The translations under genes and the position numbers were made by a program. Below the pieces are notes generated by a model. The model worked only from the letters and a program-made list of their open reading frames with translations, made no database searches and was not told where the DNA came from. Below, piece after piece: positions 59,489-64,000 of a stretch of 64,000 nt of DNA (its first letter is position 1; every line of letters begins with the position of its first letter). This DNA is from a virus (Duplodnaviria > Caudoviricetes). The stretch is from positions 19,913-83,912 of the IMG/VR virus record IMGVR_UViG_3300029288_003882; one strand, written 5' to 3'.

Positions 59489-60595
59489 ATGCCCAAGGCA
59501 AGTCCATCAAACAACAAGAGTGTTTCCGCTCGACAGCGGATAAACCAAGGAACTATGGTCGCCGCAATGTTGCGTGGTGATCGTGGCACAGGAAAAACCA
59601 GGTTTATTTTGGACTTGCATATGTCGAACGTGCAAGACGCATACAAAAAAATATACAACGAAGAACTAAACTGGGAAACAAGCGATAAAGACCAAATCAA
59701 AGACGCCGCCGAACATTGCTTAATGTGTGTGGTAGACTTTGATATGGAAGGTCAAGAACAATTAATAATGCGTTCATCGATAATGCCCGACGAAATAACC
59801 GACTCGTGGCACAAATGGCCGGTAACTGGTAGTCCTGAAGATTCACCAGAAGACCAGTATGAGCACCGCTTCGATGAAGGCAAGCGCGCCCTTTCGTATT
59901 ATCTGCAGATGTTAAAAGAACATCACGAAAAATATCCAGACTTTTCCCAACAAAGGGTATTAATCGTGGAAGACTTGGGCGAAGTTTATGACGCTGTTCT
60001 TGACCATTTTTTCTTTATCACAACAAGAGGCAAGATAAAAACTTTTAAAGATCAATTCGTCAAGCAAACGACCTTAAAACAAGTTCTTGGAAGAGACGAA
60101 AAGGGGAAAGGTCCTGCAGAAGCGGCACTATTTCCTATGGGTCAACGTGAAACATTTGGGATGGTAAATCTTGAATACAAAGATTTTATCCGCGAGTGTG
60201 TAAAATACAAACGTGATATGGGATATAATTTCTATTGCACGGCGAGAATCGGTGTTACCAAGGATAAAGAAACCGAAAAGACAGAAGAATATACACTCGG
60301 GCGGACTTACCTCATTGAAGGCTTTCTCGATTTAATTATTTCATTCAAGAAGCCCTTAAAAGAATCGGTGATCACTGAAGGAAAGTTTAAGGGTAAAAAA
60401 GTTTACGAATCGATGTATGTTCTCGATACCGTAGAAGGCGCAAAAAATAGGATGTCACCAGACTTTTGGATGGAAAATACTGGTGCTGGTGATTTCTTCA
60501 GGCGTCTTAATGAAGAACGAGACAAAGACGAACGAAGACAACTTAACAAGCGCAATAAAAAACAGGAGGAATCTAATGCCGAAAGCACAGGATAA
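59489..60595 (+). CDS. Sak4/AAA_24-like P-loop ATPase (ssDNA-annealing recombinase candidate)
   Basis: GDRGTGKT, VVDFD, LIVEDL, FLDLII; located beside the SSB gene. Confidence 0.7.
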   Translation: MPKASPSNNKSVSARQRINQGTMVAAMLRGDRGTGKTRFILDLHMSNVQDAYKKIYNEELNWETSDKDQIKDAAEHCLMCVVDFDMEGQEQLIMRSSIMPDEITDSWHKWPVTGSPEDSPEDQYEHRFDEGKRALSYYLQMLKEHHEKYPDFSQQRVLIVEDLGEVYDAVLDHFFFITTRGKIKTFKDQFVKQTTLKQVLGRDEKGKGPAEAALFPMGQRETFGMVNLEYKDFIRECVKYKRDMGYNFYCTARIGVTKDKETEKTEEYTLGRTYLIEGFLDLIISFKKPLKESVITEGKFKGKKVYESMYVLDTVEGAKNRMSPDFWMENTGAGDFFRRLNEERDKDERRQLNKRNKKQEESNAESTG

Positions 60596-61484
60596 AAAAG
60601 AAAAGGTCGATAAGTCGGAAGGGTTGGTACCGGATATACCAATCTTTAAGAACCCGTCGAACGCACCAGAGTTGGAAATACCGCCAGAAAAGTTGCAATC
60701 GATTCTGGAATATTTCTGCGTCGGTGACGAATTCGCTGTGGTAGCCATTGAATGCGAAGACGAAATCCAGGTATGCACCAGGAATGCCACAAACAACGTA
60801 TCTGGACATTTCATCGGGCTGCCTGCAGACACCAAGGTAAAAAAGCCGGGATATTTCATCGTTGAACCAAAGAAGTTAACATCCTTGCTCGGCACGAAGT
60901 ATAAGGGTAGCAACATGATAACGTTAACGTGGAAGCCCAACGAGAAAATCCACATCGAAGACGAAAAAGGAAATCCAACGAACATAACACCCAAGTCATT
61001 GGGCAACCTCATAATACCCCCGCTCGATAGGCGTTTCACGTTCAAGGAAAAGAAGTTGCAATTTAACATCAAGAAAGGAAAGGAAACTGTCCTTGACGAA
61101 GCGACGGGAAAGCCTGCAACAGAAAACGCCAAGACCTCATTGAACATCGATCAGGCGGAACTTCTCAAAGGCGCCAACGATATGTCGGTAAGTGATGTCG
61201 ATTACATTATTTACCACATCGACGAAGAGAACGGGTATTGCATATCAGGCATTTGGAATCCCAAAGGCGACGATTCAAGAACTGATGGTTTGGTCTTTGA
61301 AGATTTCGAAGGCGAAAAGATAGAAAAGGCGATGCCAAAAATCTTCGTCGACCTTGTCAAGCGCATGAGCGGCAAGATAAACATCCAAAGCACACAGGAA
61401 AAACCCGTCTTCGCATTGTCGCAATGGGTAGAGGATGGAGAAATTCACTATACGGTAGTTGAAAGCAAACAAAAGAAGGACTAA
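60576..61484 (+). CDS. DNA sliding clamp-like (PCNA-like) protein
   Basis: Repeated alpha/beta pattern; C-terminal GKINIQSTQEKPVFALSQW..IHYTVV resembles the PCNA C-terminus. Confidence 0.5.
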   Translation: MPKAQDKKEKVDKSEGLVPDIPIFKNPSNAPELEIPPEKLQSILEYFCVGDEFAVVAIECEDEIQVCTRNATNNVSGHFIGLPADTKVKKPGYFIVEPKKLTSLLGTKYKGSNMITLTWKPNEKIHIEDEKGNPTNITPKSLGNLIIPPLDRRFTFKEKKLQFNIKKGKETVLDEATGKPATENAKTSLNIDQAELLKGANDMSVSDVDYIIYHIDEENGYCISGIWNPKGDDSRTDGLVFEDFEGEKIEKAMPKIFVDLVKRMSGKINIQSTQEKPVFALSQWVEDGEIHYTVVESKQKKD

Positions 61485-61486
61485 AA

Positions 61487-61777
61487 ATGCCCCAAAGCCT
61501 CGACCACGGAAAAGTCAAAAATCTTGGTGCGCTTGCATCGAAGATGGGATATTCCAGTGGTGATCTGGCACTTCAAAAGGTCGAGGCTTTGCTTTTTATT
61601 TTAGACTTTAATATAATAGATATGGATAAGGTAAAGAAAGTGGTTAACAACGTTGCTGGCGAAGACGTTTATAACCCAGAAAATCTCCGAGAAGCCATTG
61701 ATTGCATTGTTCATATGAAGATTGTTACCGACATAGACAACGCAAGAAAAACGGCAATGGAATCACTCGAAGATTGA
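61487..61777 (+). CDS. Hypothetical protein
   Basis: 96-aa ORF in the replication operon. Confidence 0.55.
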   Translation: MPQSLDHGKVKNLGALASKMGYSSGDLALQKVEALLFILDFNIIDMDKVKKVVNNVAGEDVYNPENLREAIDCIVHMKIVTDIDNARKTAMESLED

Positions 61778-61861
61778 ACTTTTTTGTGTTAGAATTTTGT
61801 TATAATAAAGTTTATATACCGATAATGCATTTACTACCTCACACCTTATGGAGGTGTTTTA

Positions 61862-62473
61862 ATGGAAAGCGCAAAGACAAACGACAACAACAAGAACAAG
61901 GTCGCCTTTGTGATTGAATGCACAAAGGGACATAAGAGCCAGTATTTCCCGAAGAACGGTGTCCCAGCAAAGGACATAAAGTGCCCACATCTCGTCGCCA
62001 ACATACCCTGCAAGGCACGCTGCAAAGTCATCGACACACCCGCAGTACCTCCCGTCGATGTGACCAAGGAAGAACCAAAGAAGACGACGAAGCCCGAAAA
62101 GGCGAAAGATGCAAGCACAACCGAACCCAAGGAAAAGCCGATATACAAAACGGAAGAACTTGTCGATGGCGTCGCTGATGACGTTAAGGCAATGTTCGCA
62201 AAGATCGAAAGCGCCGCAAAGTCCTCGGGCTTGACATCGAAGCCCACCAAGTTGTATGTTCTTTTCAAGAAAGACAAGGACGCAAGGTTCAAGATAGAGA
62301 TACATGACAAGTTCCTAAACGTCTTCGTCAAGACGGAAAAGGCAATAACCGACTTGAAGGACAAGACGGCTGCCCGTGATGCAAAGGGCGATAACTTCAC
62401 CCATAAGATAAGCAAAGTCCTGCCTGCGGACGAATCTTCGCTTATGAAGATATTAAAGATCGTGATGTCGTAG
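61862..62473 (+). CDS. Hypothetical protein (N-terminal Zn site, Lys/Pro linker); monocistronic
   Basis: Own TTTATATA promoter (61811), GGAGGTG RBS and downstream terminator. Confidence 0.65.
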   Translation: MESAKTNDNNKNKVAFVIECTKGHKSQYFPKNGVPAKDIKCPHLVANIPCKARCKVIDTPAVPPVDVTKEEPKKTTKPEKAKDASTTEPKEKPIYKTEELVDGVADDVKAMFAKIESAAKSSGLTSKPTKLYVLFKKDKDARFKIEIHDKFLNVFVKTEKAITDLKDKTAARDAKGDNFTHKISKVLPADESSLMKILKIVMS

Positions 62474-62494
62474 GCAAACAACGTTTCCGTATGC

Positions 62495-62538
62495 GGTGGT
62501 CGACGGGGTTCCTATCGACCACCCATATATTTTTTTTT
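62495..62538 (+). terminator. Hairpin plus T-run terminator
   Basis: GGTGGTCGA/TCGACCACC stem then a T9 run. Confidence 0.7.
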
Positions 62539-62589
62539 ATAGTTGTATTTTCATTGTGTGATTATCACGTTTCTATCCAAAAAGAAGGA

Positions 62590-64000
62590 ATGCTTATGGA
62601 ACCAGCGAAAAGAATCCTATACTATTACAACATGTCGAACAGCGCAAGACCTGAAACAGATAGTGGTCCTTTGACGCATTATCAAGTTATCAAGCGTTTG
62701 TTAAAAATGCACCCGACGTGGCACTTTTACATAGTATGTCCAGTAGGTTGCATCTTGCCGAAGTCTTCAAGAGTTACCCCGATTTTTATCCCGTTCGACA
62801 CTTACAACATGAACAGCAGGATGGGGTTCGATCTATACAACTTGAAAGATGCAATCAAGATATCCGATTATGATTACGATATGATTTATAACAATCAACC
62901 CGAGATATCGCCTGCGCTTTTCATAATGCTAAATAACCATCCACGTATCACATATTCCATACCGATAATCAATCACGTCCACTGGTTCGTTTCGCCCGAT
63001 AATTATATGGGCAATGCGGGCGAAAATATGCAAACGTGCAACGAACCGGTAACGCATCAAGCAATAGTTGGACTATTATGCGGTGCCGCCACGGGCGTGA
63101 ATTCGCAATGGGCAAAAGATTTCATAATCAAAGAATCAGAACGTTTCATCACACCAGAAAAAACAGAATATTTGCGTCAAAGAATTATACCAACAACTTC
63201 TGGAATAGATACGGTAGAAATCGACAAATACAAAACAGAAGAACGCTTCGATAAATTCACAATTCTTTGGAATAGCCGATTGACCGCATACACGGGCGCA
63301 ACCTACTTTTTTGAATTTTTGGATAAAATGTGGGAGGAAGGTTATCATAATTTCCAGGTCATTTGTACCAATGTCGTCTATATGGTTTTTGCTGATAAAA
63401 GAATATCAAAATACCCATATGTCAAAGTTATGGACCATATGGCGACGCCCGATTATCTGAACCTGATCTGGAAAGTTGATTGCGGAGTTTTCATGCATAT
63501 CGGGTGGGGGGCGTGGTCACTTGCAACGCTTGAACTAATGACCTGCGGAAAACCAATTCTTGCAATCGATGGACGTTCTGCGCCCGAACTTTTGGGAAAA
63601 GATTACCCATTATTTTTCGCCAAGGCGACCGAAGACAAAGACGCATACAAAGGCTTCCGAAGAAAACTTTTATCGATGATAAACGATAAAGAAATGTGCA
63701 AGAAAGTTGGTGAGAAAAACCGCGAAAGAGTAAAATCGATGTTCGATTGGGAAAAGACCATATTTGAGTGGGATGATCTTATATTGAAGCATTGCGATTT
63801 TGATTTATCGAACGACGACTCGGAAGGTAAATTGAAGTTGCTTGAATACGTCAAGAAGAAAGGCTCCGCTTCGAAACGTGATATATTAAATCAATTCGGG
63901 GGCGCCATTTCTTATACAAGATACAGGAAATACCTCCTGACGCATGGGATATACGACGATTACACGAAAGCGGAGGTTGAATACACATCAACGATGCCAA
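62590..64000 (+). CDS. GT-B glycosyltransferase with C-terminal wHTH-like domain (runs off the window)
   Basis: Not in the ORF track; verified open to 64000. TILWNSRL, WSLATLELMTCGKPIL, MFDWEK, then KLLEYVKKKGSASKRDILNQFGGAISYTRYRKYL. Confidence 0.8.
   Translation, partial: MLMEPAKRILYYYNMSNSARPETDSGPLTHYQVIKRLLKMHPTWHFYIVCPVGCILPKSSRVTPIFIPFDTYNMNSRMGFDLYNLKDAIKISDYDYDMIYNNQPEISPALFIMLNNHPRITYSIPIINHVHWFVSPDNYMGNAGENMQTCNEPVTHQAIVGLLCGAATGVNSQWAKDFIIKESERFITPEKTEYLRQRIIPTTSGIDTVEIDKYKTEERFDKFTILWNSRLTAYTGATYFFEFLDKMWEEGYHNFQVICTNVVYMVFADKRISKYPYVKVMDHMATPDYLNLIWKVDCGVFMHIGWGAWSLATLELMTCGKPILAIDGRSAPELLGKDYPLFFAKATEDKDAYKGFRRKLLSMINDKEMCKKVGEKNRERVKSMFDWEKTIFEWDDLILKHCDFDLSNDDSEGKLKLLEYVKKKGSASKRDILNQFGGAISYTRYRKYLLTHGIYDDYTKAEVEYTSTMP

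Noticed and set aside
61800-61864. Promoter of the 61862 gene as a fifth cassette promoter
   Set aside because: Shares the TTTATATA box and some spacer similarity but lacks TGTA-N16-TACA and the GGAAGTGGTCAAATG leader.
1-64000. CRISPR mini-array or TIGR-like guide array
   Set aside because: No regularly spaced repeat-spacer units seen in any non-coding gap; a dedicated repeat finder would be needed to exclude very degenerate arrays.

Overview
A 64-kb internal segment of a large tailed dsDNA virus (HK97-fold head, long non-contractile tail; no sheath gene seen), most likely infecting an archaeon. The host inference rests on TATA/BRE-type promoters about 25 nt upstream of near-leaderless starts, GGAGG/GGTGA ribosome-binding sites, and Lrp/AsnC, AbrB, DUF5679, RPA-like and PCNA-like genes. 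Minus strand, ~1-33 kb: morphogenesis genes (tape measure, tail chaperone with a -1 frameshift, tail tube, adaptor, fibre, MCP, protease, portal-MuF, TerL). These are interleaved with two glycan-biosynthesis/glycosyltransferase clusters and a solo tnpB element. Plus strand, ~45-64 kb: replication/recombination genes (XPD-like helicase, Top6A-like, MCM-like ATPase, OB-fold SSB, Sak4-like ATPase, clamp-like protein), nucleotide-heptose enzymes and a GT-B with a C-terminal wHTH. Most notable observations: (i) four plus-strand cassettes of small unknown genes share an exactly spaced promoter (TGTA-N16-TACA, TATA 6 nt later) and the leader UGGAAGUGGUCAAAUG; (ii) hairpins at the 3' ends of two cassettes expose the antisense of that leader in their loops (16 nt with one G-U pair), suggesting RNA-based shut-off; (iii) a virus-encoded gmhA/hddA/gmhB heptose pathway; (iv) a sharp, gene-orientation-independent GC-skew flip centred on a ~100-bp dyad at ~43.52 kb between a minimal tyrosine recombinase and the probable terS. 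All protein calls are by eye from motifs; no database search was run.
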